DNA of 62,972 bases, filler included, from Basidiobolus ranarum (taxonomy: Eukaryota), in assembly GCA_040143965.1 (NCBI GenBank). It is 39 parts of 39 records of this genome, joined end to end, with 100 filler letters (N's around TTAATTAATTAA, not from the genome) between each part and the next. Parts side by side here need not be neighbours in the genome. Positions count along the whole stretch, not along the records: positions 50,178 to 51,690 come from JASJQH010004955.1; positions 51,791 to 53,302 come from JASJQH010004956.1; positions 53,403 to 54,914 come from JASJQH010004957.1; positions 55,015 to 56,526 come from JASJQH010004958.1; positions 56,627 to 58,138 come from JASJQH010004959.1; positions 58,239 to 59,750 come from JASJQH010004960.1; positions 59,851 to 61,361 come from JASJQH010004961.1; 32 more parts are not named here. The stretch is one strand, 5' to 3'. The position numbers and the translations under genes were made by a program. Of this stretch, positions 50,078 through 61,461 are shown piece by piece (position 1 is the stretch's first letter; the number at the start of each line of letters is the position of its first letter). The notes beneath the pieces are model-generated. The model was not told the DNA's origin and did not search any database. It worked only from the letters and a program-made list of their open reading frames with translations.

Positions 50078-50855
50078 NNNNNNNNNNNNNNNNNNNNNNN
50101 NNNNNNNNNNNNNNNNNNNNNTTAATTAATTAANNNNNNNNNNNNNNNNNNNNNNNNNNNNNNNNNNNNNNNNNNNNGCCTATTTTGGTAAAGGAAGCTG
50201 GGGAACTTTGCAAGACGGAAACACAATTAAGCCGGTCATAATTCGTTGACTCTATAGAATATTTGAGTATTCATGTAGCATCTGTGATACTCTCGCAAAC
50301 CTCTGGGATCATCAAGAAAAGTCAATTAACTGAGTTTTGCTTGCATAATGTTAATATTTAGTGAATAGAATAACAAGCTAGAGATTTTGAACATCGTAAA
50401 TCGACATGTTCCGAGATTCTCTTTTCGATTCGATAATCAAGCTTTGGAGCGCAAGGTACAAAAGTGAGTATTTAAGCATTTTTAACCGATATTCTGATTC
50501 TATAGTTTATCTAAGCATTAATATTTTCACTCACCACTACGAGCACAAAGCGACTATACTAAATACAACAATTTAAGTGTACGCATTAAGACATCACAAT
50601 CAAAAACAATTAAGAAGGCAAAGAAATAAGTTGTCAACAAGTAAGGTATAGGCTTGATTTGCAAGTTTAAAGGTATTTAGTATCCGTTACTGATTTTGCA
50701 AATAATTTAGCCTATTTCAACCGCAGAGGAGTACAATAATTTTTTTAATGAGTTACCAGTTCCAAAAAAACTAGACGACCATTGCAAAGCCTGTGAACAA
50801 CTAGAAATAAGATGCTACTGCTTATGAAAATATGATTTCAGATTGTGAGATAGAT

Positions 50856-50866
50856 AGATATATAAA
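50856..50866 (+). promoter_or_regulatory. Probable TATA box of the hexosaminidase gene
   Basis: TATATAAA about 65 bp upstream of ATG 50926. Confidence 0.5.
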
Positions 50867-50925
50867 TGAAGAGAAGGCCCATTAATCATCATATAGAATT
50901 TACATTTCTTCCTTAACTTCAATCA

Positions 50926-51690
50926 ATGGTGGCCATCAAGCTCATTACCTCCATCTCACTCTTGGCTGCTACTTCAATGGCTTGGGTTTGGCCTTTGCCT
51001 GCGAAGATGGATGTTGGCCATAACATCATTCGCTTGAGCAGAAATGAACTCGACATCTCCATCAAAACTCCTGCTGGTGCTGATATCCTTGAGAGAGCCG
51101 TTCACCGCTACAAGAAGTTGATCTTCACCAAGGGTGAGTTCAGTGCACTCCTTAGCCCGGTTGAGAAGACCGTGTTCCCCATTCCTACCACCTCCGTCCC
51201 TGTTCATCCACTTGCACCTAAGGGTAAGTACCCTACATTGACTGGACTCAGTATTCAGGTCAGTGGCCACAACACCAAACTCAATCTTGACACCGATGAG
51301 TCGTACACTATTGATGTTCCTGCACGTGGTGGCAAGGCTACCATTAAGGCCAAGAGTGTGTACGGAGCTCTCCGTGGACTCGAATCATTCTCCCAATTGG
51401 TCAAGTGGACTGCTGAGGCCAATCAGTACCGCATTCCATTCGCTCCAGTCTCTATCTCTGACAAGCCAGTCTTCGTCCATCGTGGTGTGATGATTGATTC
51501 ATCCCGCAACTTCCTCAAGATCGAAGACATCAAGCGTACTCTCGATGCCATGTCATACAACAAGCTTAATGTTCTCCATTGGCACATCATTGATCAACAC
51601 AGTTTCCCTCTCAAGACCAAGACCTATCCTCAACTCGCTGAAAAGGGAGCTTACAGCAAGGAATGGGTCTACACTGAGAAAGATGTTCGT
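50926..51690 (+). CDS. Secreted GH20 beta-N-acetylhexosaminidase, 5' part
   Basis: Signal peptide then VWPLP; DESY; YGALRGLESFSQL; D.P.F.HRGVMIDSSRNF; LDAMSYNKLNVLHWHIID..SFP. Confidence 0.96.
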
Positions 51691-51790
51691 NNNNNNNNNN
51701 NNNNNNNNNNNNNNNNNNNNNNNNNNNNNNNNNNTTAATTAATTAANNNNNNNNNNNNNNNNNNNNNNNNNNNNNNNNNNNNNNNNNNNN

Positions 51791-53035
51791 TCAATATCCA
51801 CTCATCTAGGTGTTTATTCAAATGCAAAGACTGGAAGTATTGGATTTGTATATATTCAAGTGGAATTTTGAAAAAATTTCTGCCTGATAACTATTGGCAA
51901 TGTTGGGAGTTGTTTTTTGATATTGTTAATATATTCTTACGGCATCAACTCACATTGGCAGATCTCAGGCAGAAACAGCCACTGTGCCAAGATTTTGTAT
52001 TTGGATATGAAAAACTTAGACTGATTTGAGTCATAATTGCAACATTAGCAATACATACAAAGATCCTCCAATGTTTTACATTAGTTTTAGCTCCAAACCA
52101 AGCTTGATATGGTGTGGAGTTAGAGAGACTTCTAGTTGAACTCCTATTGCTCAGATATTCAGCTGTAGCATCAGATTTTGCCCAAAAGTTACAAGTTAAA
52201 TTTGTGCATTTATCATAAATCTTGCCATTTCTATTGTATTTGCATTAGGTCTTTCAGCAACTCCATTGTGTTGAGTCAAATTGGGGGCTGTAATTTCTTA
52301 ATCAGTTACATGAACTTGCATGAGGGCTTAAACTGTGATGAAGCACATTCCTTACCTTTATCAGCATGCATTTTCTTGATTTTAGCATGAGTTTCAGTCT
52401 CCACAAATGTTTTAAAATCTCAAACAGAGCTCTAGAATGTTTGCCTGGGTTGTTTTCCATATAAAAATCTTCATATATTTCTTTTTGGTTGGTGGGTTAT
52501 TGTAATTCCAGAAATTAGGCAATTTTTGATCATTTTGCTCAATTAATCAAACCTGATATGGCCAAATCTCTTATGCTATAATTATATAGTTTCTTGATTG
52601 GAATAAGTTATATTTACACACCAATCACTTGGATAATATGTAGACTTGTATAAGTTCTGATCCTTTTCCCCCAAGGCTAAATAATTCCTATTTTGAGCAG
52701 AGATGGTGCATCCTGACTTATCAAAATTGAATTTTAGCCCTTCTGAGGTCACCCAGCATACAGATTTTTATTTCTTGGCAATATCTAGAACATGTAGCTC
52801 ATGCTTAAAAGCACATACTTTCTCTTCAGAAGCTTCAGTTAAATTGACTTTAGTTGTTCCCATTTCAATTGGTTATATATAGCTTAGTACTTAGTTATAT
52901 TTTAATTCACTTGGATATTATCCATTATTCTCATGAGGAATTTACTTGGAATATTGACACCAATGTGGAAGTTCTTGGATATATAGATTTTTTCAAACTT
53001 GTGCTAGAAGCCCCAAACTTTGCACACATGTTCCT
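51791..53035. mobile_element. Mosaic: CACTA fragment (51791-~52015), reverse copia A PR/IN remnant (~52016-52865), copia A LTR piece (~52870-53035)
   Basis: Matches 28850-29075, 5750-6400 (reverse) and 12380-12545 respectively. Confidence 0.8.
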
Positions 53036-53544
53036 TAGGGGGGATGAAAAGCACCAGAAGGTGTAATCTTTATTTATCTCAAGTCATACAACACAAATAA
53101 ATAAAGAAGCCAAGAGAAAGTAAAAGTCAAAGATTAATCTAACTAAGACCTGTTTAGTGCAGCTTCCCAAACCTCTTCATATAAGACAAAAGTTTGGGGA
53201 TGGAGAACCTTAGCTTGGGAAATGTAGAAGTCTTTCATAAATTTTGTAACAAGTGGAGAGGGGGAATTTCTTAGAAGTGAAGTAAATCTTTTAAGCAGAG
53301 TGNNNNNNNNNNNNNNNNNNNNNNNNNNNNNNNNNNNNNNNNNNNNTTAATTAATTAANNNNNNNNNNNNNNNNNNNNNNNNNNNNNNNNNNNNNNNNNN
53401 NNATATATATAAAATATATGTTCTGATTTGCAGCTAGGTGATATTTGACTAAATAATGTTGACTAACTAATATGTGATATATGAAATAGTTAGGTGTATA
53501 AAGATAGGGATAAAATATATGATAAAGACAGTAAACTTCAACAG

Positions 53545-54508
53545 GTCTTGCATCTTGGGTCTTTGTGAAAGGTATTCAAGCCTCAAGAAATGTCTAAGGA
53601 ATGATAGATCACAATGCAATGTCCAGCTTTCTGTTGAATAATGTGCTGGTGCCTGGCAAAAGAATATACTGGCTTCAATGTCCTTTGAGAATTATTGGAT
53701 AAAAAAGCATATCAAATGAAAAACAACTGTGAACTCTGCCAGCAGGGTTTTGAACAAGGATACACTAGTAGTGCTTTATCCAAGGATAGACAAAGTTTGT
53801 TGCTTGTGCAAACAAAGCTAGGGAAAAATATAAAGTATCAGTAATATAGCACCTACCCATCAGTACTTCCTTTGAGCCAGTCAAGGTCTTTCTATTAACA
53901 CAGTAGCCTCTAACTGTCTCTAGTAGTCTCTCTTGAGCTTCCTCTTCAATGGTCTTGTAAGCAGTGATGAAAATTCAGGGTGATCAAAAGTAGTAATTGT
54001 TAATTGATAAGCAGGATGATTTTTGTTGAAAAGATATGGCATCAAATTATACTTTTCTGAAGGTAGAAATAATGAATAATGAGAATTTCCAGAAAGTTGC
54101 AGAGAATTCTATTGGTGGGGCTCTGGGGATATGATGTCATCATTAAACATAAGATAAGTAATCCATGGATTGTTCTGGAAAATTGTGTAATAATTCAGAA
54201 AGTCATGGAATATTCCAGCAAAATCAAGTTTTGATTAGTCAAAATTCAATCAATCAGCAAATATTGCAAGAATTTTGTGGAATGTTCCAGAAGATTGTAG
54301 AAATTTTCAGAAAATAAGAGGGCTAATATGGGTTAGTACTGATAAATCTCAAATGATAGGGGATAGTACCAATAGTGTGATATGATTGGTTAGAAGACAT
54401 GGGTAAGTCAAATATGGATAATAAATTGAAATTGTGGGATAGGAATGATATGAGCTAGGAATGGAAATAAGTCAATCTGCCAGTGGGTAGCAATGATACC
54501 CCACTACA
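53545..54508 (-). mobile_element. Second gypsy-like family: complete LTR (54508-53956, 553 bp) and leader
   Basis: TGTAGTGGGG...GCTTACA termini; second LTR copy at 56033-56526; leader related to the first gypsy family. Confidence 0.75.
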
Positions 54509-54570
54509 ATGATCAATCCAAAACGGATTAAAATTGCAATGGTTTTCTTAAAATAACAATTCTCAAATTT

Positions 54571-54781
54571 ATGTTTCACCCTGCAGTATCTATATAAGCC
54601 CCATATATTCCTTGATCAGACCTCAGTCTGATCAACCCCAGTTTTCAATAAAGATTCTTGCCAAAGTATCTTCCCTGTCCAGTCTTGTCATGTCTTGTCT
54701 TGTGGTCTACACCCAAGAACTCTCCTGCCTTCCAGCCTCTTGTTGTTTTTTCCAATCCTTGTCCAGTTCCTTATTGTGACA
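54571..54781 (+). mobile_element. Gypsy family 1 LTR 3' half
   Basis: TATATAAG 54591, hairpin 54612-54635, AATAAA 54647, ends TGTGACA. Confidence 0.9.
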
Positions 54782-55014
54782 AGTGTAGTTGGAAGTCACA
54801 TATATATAACAACTGGTACTAGGCCTGATATTGCCATAGCTGCAAGCATAGTAAGCAATACATGGAAAATCCTGCAATCAAACATTGAATAGCTGCTAAT
54901 TAGGGAATACACTANNNNNNNNNNNNNNNNNNNNNNNNNNNNNNNNNNNNNNNNNNNNTTAATTAATTAANNNNNNNNNNNNNNNNNNNNNNNNNNNNNN
55001 NNNNNNNNNNNNNN

Positions 55015-56032
55015 CTTCAAAATCCCTAGTCTCTTTGATATATTCTCCTGAATATTTTTATAGAGTTCTTCATACCCAAGGTTTAGCTCATACCCAACAC
55101 AAGTTTGTATCAATATCTCCATCAACGCCCACTATTATATTAGCATTGCTGAATCAACATTCTTCCAGCTATCTGGCAGATATCCTGCAATATTGTGCCA
55201 CTCTGTATTAAGTTCTTCCCAGATATCTGCACCATCAACACCAGACTGAATGTCAAGTTGAATGTTCTTCTGAAAGCCACTTTCTGCATATTTGCACTGC
55301 GTTTTTCCCTTCATACTTTTGAAAATACTCCTCAAGCACTTTGACTATTTTTGTACATCCTTGCAATGTGACACTACTGAGGGTGCTTTGTGGTGTTTGT
55401 GCGGCTTTTTGCTTGCCTTTAACTTTGGGTTTAATTTCAACACTTTGAAAAGTACCAGTTGAGGTTGGAGAGCCATGAGTTTCATTTGCTGGTGTTTTAG
55501 CTTGATGAGAGGTGCCAGATGTTGGATAAACTTCCAAATTTTGCACTCTTCCAACCGGTGTACCTGGTTCCATGGTGAAATTAAGCTTTTTTGCCAGTAT
55601 ATCTGACTCTGGAATTGCAGATCTTCATAATGGTGTGAAGAACTTGGTAAAGAAGCCCTGCTATTATTGTCACAAATTCTTGTGCTATGAAAGCCGGAGA
55701 CTTCATAGAAAAAAAAATCACAAGCACGGTCACTGTACAATGCCACCAGCTGCACAAAGCCTGGTGTATAACAACAGTAATAAGTGCACTAAATTTACTT
55801 TAGTTTTGCCCATTGAGTCCACTGACTGTAGTTTGCCTCAAAGGTTTGGTAACACTGCCAAAAGTCAAGATACCATGGAGTTACCACAGTTACATGACCA
55901 GAACGATGTAGGTCAAAATGCAACTTTGGTCAAACCAGTAAGTCAAGACAACTTTGAGGACTTGCTGCTAGATGTTGACCTTGGTTATTCCAGTACTGAT
56001 GGTAGTATATCAGAAGTTGAAGAAGAAGACAA
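55015..56032. mobile_element. CACTA internal region: antisense accessory ORF (55573 leftwards) and transposase N-terminus (55572 rightwards)
   Basis: Bridges the left-end contig (27069-27465) to the transposase contig (27566 onward); CYYCHKF...H motif. Confidence 0.88.
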
Positions 56033-56526
56033 TGTAGTGGGGTAGCATTGCTACCCACTGGCAGGTTGACTTATTTCCACTCCAAGCTCATATCGTTACT
56101 ATTGCACAACTTCTATTTTATTATCCTTATTTGACTTACCCATATTTTCTAGCCAATCATATCACACTACTAGTATTATCCCCTATTACCTCAGATTTAT
56201 CAGTATTAACCCACTTTAGCCCTATTATTTTCTGGAAATTCTACAATCTTCCAGAACATTCCGCAAGATTCTTAGAATATTTGATGATTGATTAAGTGTT
56301 GACCAATCAAAACTTGATTTTGCCAGAACATTCCATGACTTTCTGGATTATCCTACAACCTTCTGGAACATTCCATGGATTACTAATCTCATGATTTATG
56401 ATGATATCATAACCTCAGATCCCCACCAATAGAATTCTCTGGAACTTTCCGGAAATTCTCATTAGTAATCATATCTACCTTCAGAAAAGTATAAATAGGA
56501 GCCATATCTTTTCAAATAAAAATCAT
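56033..56526 (+). mobile_element. Second gypsy-like family LTR (3'-truncated) inserted in CACTA transposase
   Basis: Starts TGTAGTGGGG and interrupts EEEDN; homologous to 54508-54015. Confidence 0.85.
56248..56497 (+). promoter_or_regulatory. Clustered heat-shock-element consensus sites, CCAAT boxes and TATA within an LTR
   Basis: TTCcaGAAcaTTC 56249-56261, TTCtgGAAcaTTC 56361-56373, GAActTTCcgGAA 56442-56454; TATAAATA 56490. Confidence 0.65.
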
Positions 56527-56627
56527 NNNNNNNNNNNNNNNNNNNNNNNNNNNNNNNNNNNNNNNNNNNNTTAATTAATTAANNNNNNNNNNNNNNNNNN
56601 NNNNNNNNNNNNNNNNNNNNNNNNNNG

Positions 56628-56873
56628 CCCGCTACTAGCGTCAAGCCCACCAAACCTACTGCTACTGGAAAGCCTACCAAGCCTACAGAAACCACTAAGC
56701 CTGGCAACGATGGTGACAAGCCTGGCCGTTGCTCTGGCTTTGAAACCAAATGTGTTAATCCCGGTGAATCACGCGAGTTCAAGGTATGCTCTAATGGATA
56801 TGAATATACCCAACGTTGTGCTCCTGGAACTGTGTGTCGCGGTGGAATTAATCAAGTGACATGTGGTTATTAG
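56628..56873 (+). CDS. 3' end of a protein with P/T/K linker and C-terminal CBM19-like cysteine-rich chitin-binding module (absent from the ORF track)
   Basis: PATSVKPTKPTATGKPTKPTETTKPG...CSGFETKCVNPGESREFKVCSNGYEYTQRCAPGTVCRGGINQVTCGY*. Confidence 0.8.
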   Translation, partial: PATSVKPTKPTATGKPTKPTETTKPGNDGDKPGRCSGFETKCVNPGESREFKVCSNGYEYTQRCAPGTVCRGGINQVTCGY

Positions 56874-58238
56874 TTTGGAAGCAATATACGAGTGGCATTA
56901 TTTTATTATGAAATAAATTTGTACGACTCATGTTTTTGGAACAATCTTCACGTTGTAAGTCAACACATTGTTAGCCATATTGCAACGGTTTTACAACAAC
57001 GTGACTAGTCATTATATTCTACGTCCTTTAAAAAGCTCCAACGTTACTTTACCCGTATAGCTCGGAAACCATATAGGAATAATGCTATGTGGGATTCGTC
57101 AGTAACGGAATTATGGAGCATGCGGTGTGTAGAAATTGTGTAATACCAAGTACGTATAATATTAATGAAATAGTCTCTGTGTGTTCAATTAATGTACTAC
57201 TAGCTAGATACAACGTCAGAATCTCCATCTATAGTTTCTCGAGTTTATGGAAGAATAGGTTGATGTCACCTCTGATTATTAAATACTGAATAGAAAATAT
57301 CAATAGTACCCCTGTTATCCATCTCGAACAATATCGAAGTAAACGGTATATTAATTTCTTATAGATTATGTCAGATCCAGTTGTAAGTTTAACTTCAAGC
57401 GAGTGAGATTAATTTCCGAATTGAGGGATTTACGCTAAAACCACTCTTAGTTAAATAGATTTTTACTAAGAACGAGCAATGAGATATTGCTTCTAAAATG
57501 TATTTTCTGTATATTGAATAAAGTATGGATTATTTATAGCAGCTACTTGCATTGTTTGTTCTCTATAACATGAAGTTATATTTTATCTGAGTCTATAATT
57601 GTTACAAACTAGAAGCTACTAAAGAAATACTGAGACCTCGATACACTAGTTTCACAAGTTTCGATGCATTTCAGTACCACGATGAAGATTGAATGGAGTG
57701 TATTTCTATACCGTAAATGTAGTAGATGTCGCATTGCAATATCACTGGAAAAATTATGCCGGTATTTAGTGTAAGATAGTCAGGATTTCCACAGTAGACA
57801 ACCTTCTGGATCGTATTAATACTAAATTCAGTGAACCAATGTAGCACAAAGAGTAGTCTACTTTGGCCATGCATTACACAAAACATATATTACCAAACAC
57901 ATTTTGTAAATCGCTCATTCCTCTTACATGAGATACACATAGCTATAGTAAAACTTTAATAATAATCTTTAAGGATTGATGATTAAAGAACAGGACCCGA
58001 TCTCCATAAAAATACTGGGCCCTAAAGCTCTATAAAATGAACCGAGATGAGCTTTCTTCACATCACCTTTATTGATCTACAGGAATAGACTCAATACTCT
58101 ACTTTCTAGCAGGCTAGCTGGATTAACAAAACACTAAANNNNNNNNNNNNNNNNNNNNNNNNNNNNNNNNNNNNNNNNNNNNTTAATTAATTAANNNNNN
58201 NNNNNNNNNNNNNNNNNNNNNNNNNNNNNNNNNNNNNN

Positions 58239-59367
58239 ATGATCATGCATTTGCATTGGCTCTGGATGGTTTCTCACTAAACAAATATACCGTTGGAAAG
58301 GCTTGCTGGCCAATAATTTTAATCAACTTAAATCTTCCTCCTTCTGAACAGTATAAGAGTCATAATATTTTGATACTATCCATCATATCTGGACCTAAAT
58401 CACCAGTGCTTATTGATAGCTTCTTGGAGCCTTTGATTGTGGAATTTGAATGGTCATCTAATGGGGTTCAGATGGTGAATATTGTACCCTAACAAAAAAA
58501 AATCAATTTGATCTGAATCAAATCCACACTTCTAAAGTGCAAAACCATCAGAGAACCATCAATGTGCTCATGGGTTTTTACATTGTTTGAGCACAATAAC
58601 AGCAACAAAGCCCAATTCATGGACACAGAGTAAGTACCTCTATAATTGAACTAATTTGCTTGTGTGATAATCTGATGGTATTTTTAGGAAAGCTGCAAGA
58701 CAGACTTCTTGGTGAGATAGATGTAGATATGCAGTATTATTGTTTTAGCCATGGGTAATCTATTCAAGCAATGACACATCAACTTGTGGCAGGACATTTG
58801 TTGACTGCAAGTTGAGGATATATTAGCTGAATTCTTTGTGGAAATTTGCCAAAATCAAGAGCTTATTCTCATTGTGAACAGTAACAAGAGGCAGCTATTT
58901 GCCAAGTGTCAGTGCTGTTCAAAATATCAGATGTTTAGCAATTTTTCCACTGTTAGTTTGCTGGTAAAGCATATTGATGTTGTTGAGTTATGTCTAATCA
59001 GTCAAGTATGTCCATATGTAGAGACTAAACACAACAAGATTCTTGTATTTTTTGATTCTCATTATGGCTGGAATGCAAAGCCTAAAATATTTAAATAAAG
59101 GCATGCATATTAATTTGAATTCCTACAGCAGTAAACCCAGTAATTTGCCATTCAAAAATTGCCAGATATTGAATAACACATGCCAAATTTGAGGATCAAT
59201 ATTTTAACATGTATGAAGACCATCAAAATACCATCAAGAAACCACCATCACACAATCAAAATCCCTGGCAGAATGCAAGCCACCAATGTTGTGATGGTTC
59301 TCTGATGGTTTTGCTCTTTTGGAGGGTGGATCCAATCCGGATCAAATCAATTTTATTTTTGTTAGGG
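58239..59367 (+). mobile_element. CACTA transposase fragment (58239-58486) followed by an 881-bp unit bounded by two right ends (58487-59367)
   Basis: CCCTAACAAAAA at 58487, inversion junction at ~58560, ...TTTTGTTAGGG at 59367. Confidence 0.87.
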
Positions 59368-59750
59368 TCAATGACCCAAAATTGCTTGGGCATGTGAAAG
59401 TAGAAGTCTTGGAGGAAAACTGGCAAACCCAAAAGACTCTGAACATCAGAGCAGCCATCCCTTGCTCTGATGATGGGTGGTTTAAAAATTTGGAAACTGT
59501 GTGGAATCTTGCCCAAGATCACCTCAATATGAGCCAATTGTGGATAAACCAAAACCCGGATGTTACTCTGAAGGTTCCTAACTTATTTCATATGGCTTAT
59601 CCTGGGCTTTTCCAAGCAAATGACTGCTGGCCTAGTAAATGTTAAAGTATTTGGGAGCCTGTTGGAAGTGGTTTGGAGAATTAGAGGAATTGGTGGTTTT
59701 CACTTATTGATTAATTGAGTAGAAAGTTGACATTTATAGTTTTGTCAAGA
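59368..59750. mobile_element. Unclassified repeat (59368-59639) interrupted by a copia A LTR end (reverse, 59640-59750)
   Basis: Homologous to 40496-40745; TGTTAAAGTATTTGGGAGCC is the reverse of the LTR end. Confidence 0.8.
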
Positions 59751-59850
59751 NNNNNNNNNNNNNNNNNNNNNNNNNNNNNNNNNNNNNNNNNNNNTTAATT
59801 AATTAANNNNNNNNNNNNNNNNNNNNNNNNNNNNNNNNNNNNNNNNNNNN

Positions 59851-61361
59851 ATTGTGATGGATCAAATGGGTACAGACTATATGACACTAAAAATAAGAGG
59901 CTAATCAAATCAAGGGATGTGGAATTTGCTGAAGAAAAAAAATTTAAACAAAACAATCCAGGATCAAGACAAACAACCAAAAATTCATGAAAATGCTTCT
60001 TTCTCTCATCAGATCCTGTTCAGTGAGGAAAACATTGGAAATTCCTCACCTGAAGTCTCTTCAACCAAGCCTGAGGTGATTTCATTGCCTAAATTGGTAC
60101 CTAAATCAGTACAGTGGGCTATGGAGAGTCCCAACAAAAAGCTTTGGAGTGCTGCAATGGCAGAGGAGTATCAGTCACTAATAGATAACCAAAATTGGAC
60201 TTTTGCTAAGTTACCGGATGACTAAAAATCAATTGGATGGAAATGGGTGTTTAAAGTTTAACAGCAAGCTGATGGATCTGTAGAAAGATATAAAGTCAGA
60301 CTTATTGCTAAAGGATACTCTTATATGGAAGGAGTGGACTAAAAGAAACATTTGCTCCTGTAGCAAAGTCTAATTCCATCAGAACTGTACTAGCAGTAGC
60401 AGCAAAACATAGCTTAAACATCCATCCAATGGATGTTAAAGCTGCTTTTTTGAATGGGGACTTGCAAGAGGATATACACATGGATCAAGCAGAAGGTTTT
60501 GTGCATTCTGAGCACCCTGAGGATGTGTATAAGCTACAAAAATCACTCAATGGAATTAAACAATCACCCAGGGCCTGGTACACTAAGATAGACACATACT
60601 TGGAATCACTTGAGTTCCAAAGGAGTATGGTAGCTTTTGAGATCTACTTTAAGACAGATAAGGACAGTAAGGTGATACTTGCCTTATACGTAGATGATCT
60701 GATTATAGCTACTAATAATGATGAAGCTCTCAGGAACACCATAAGAGATTTATTGGTCCAACTCAAGATGACCAAATTAGGTGAACTTATGTCTTTTTAG
60801 AGCCTGCAAATCCATACAGATATATTGAGCAAATCTATTACTCTAAATCAATTTAAATACATGTCAGACATTCTCAAATGTTACAAGATGGAGAATTGTA
60901 AGCCAGTAGAAACTCCCATGGATCCAGTTGTGAAACTGGTTAAAAATCCATCAAAAATGATGAAAATTGGCCACATATTGCTCAAATCATGCCATTTCAA
61001 AGCCCTAAGTTTGCTTATCAATCTTTAGTAGGTAGTTTGATCTCTGCTATGACTGGCACCTGCACAGATACCCTGTTTGCAGTGGGAGTAGTTAGCCAAC
61101 ATTTGCACAACACAGGATCTGAGCATTATGTGGCAGTTAAGCAGATTTCAGATATTTTAAGGGGCATTTGATCTTGGATTAAGATACACATTTTCTTATG
61201 AGAATAAGGATCTAATTGGGTTTAGAAATGCAGATTGGGGACATGATATTAAGGACAGAAGATCCATCACTGGATATACCTTTCTCTATACAGAAACAGC
61301 AATAGCATGGAATAGCAAGAAACAACCCATCATAGCACTCTCAACAACTGAAGCAGAGTAC
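59851..61361 (+). mobile_element. Decayed copia IN C-terminus, RT and RNase H
   Basis: WSAAMAEEYQSL, MDVKAAFLNG, LYVDDL, WNSKKQPIIALSTTEAEY. Confidence 0.95.
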
Positions 61362-61461
61362 NNNNNNNNNNNNNNNNNNNNNNNNNNNNNNNNNNNNNNN
61401 NNNNNTTAATTAATTAANNNNNNNNNNNNNNNNNNNNNNNNNNNNNNNNNNNNNNNNNNNN

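Noticed and set aside
50974-51742. Extra ORFs overlapping the GH20 gene
   Set aside because: Off-frame or antisense shadows with no motifs.
3250-56873. A chitin-degradation gene cluster (GH18, GH18, GH20, CBM19)
   Set aside because: Only the two GH18 genes share a contig; the others are on unrelated contigs ordered by size.
1526-61461. Regularly spaced palindromic TTAATTAATTAA as a CRISPR-like or biological repeat array
   Set aside because: Always centred in a fixed N pad; it is a six-frame-stop assembly linker.
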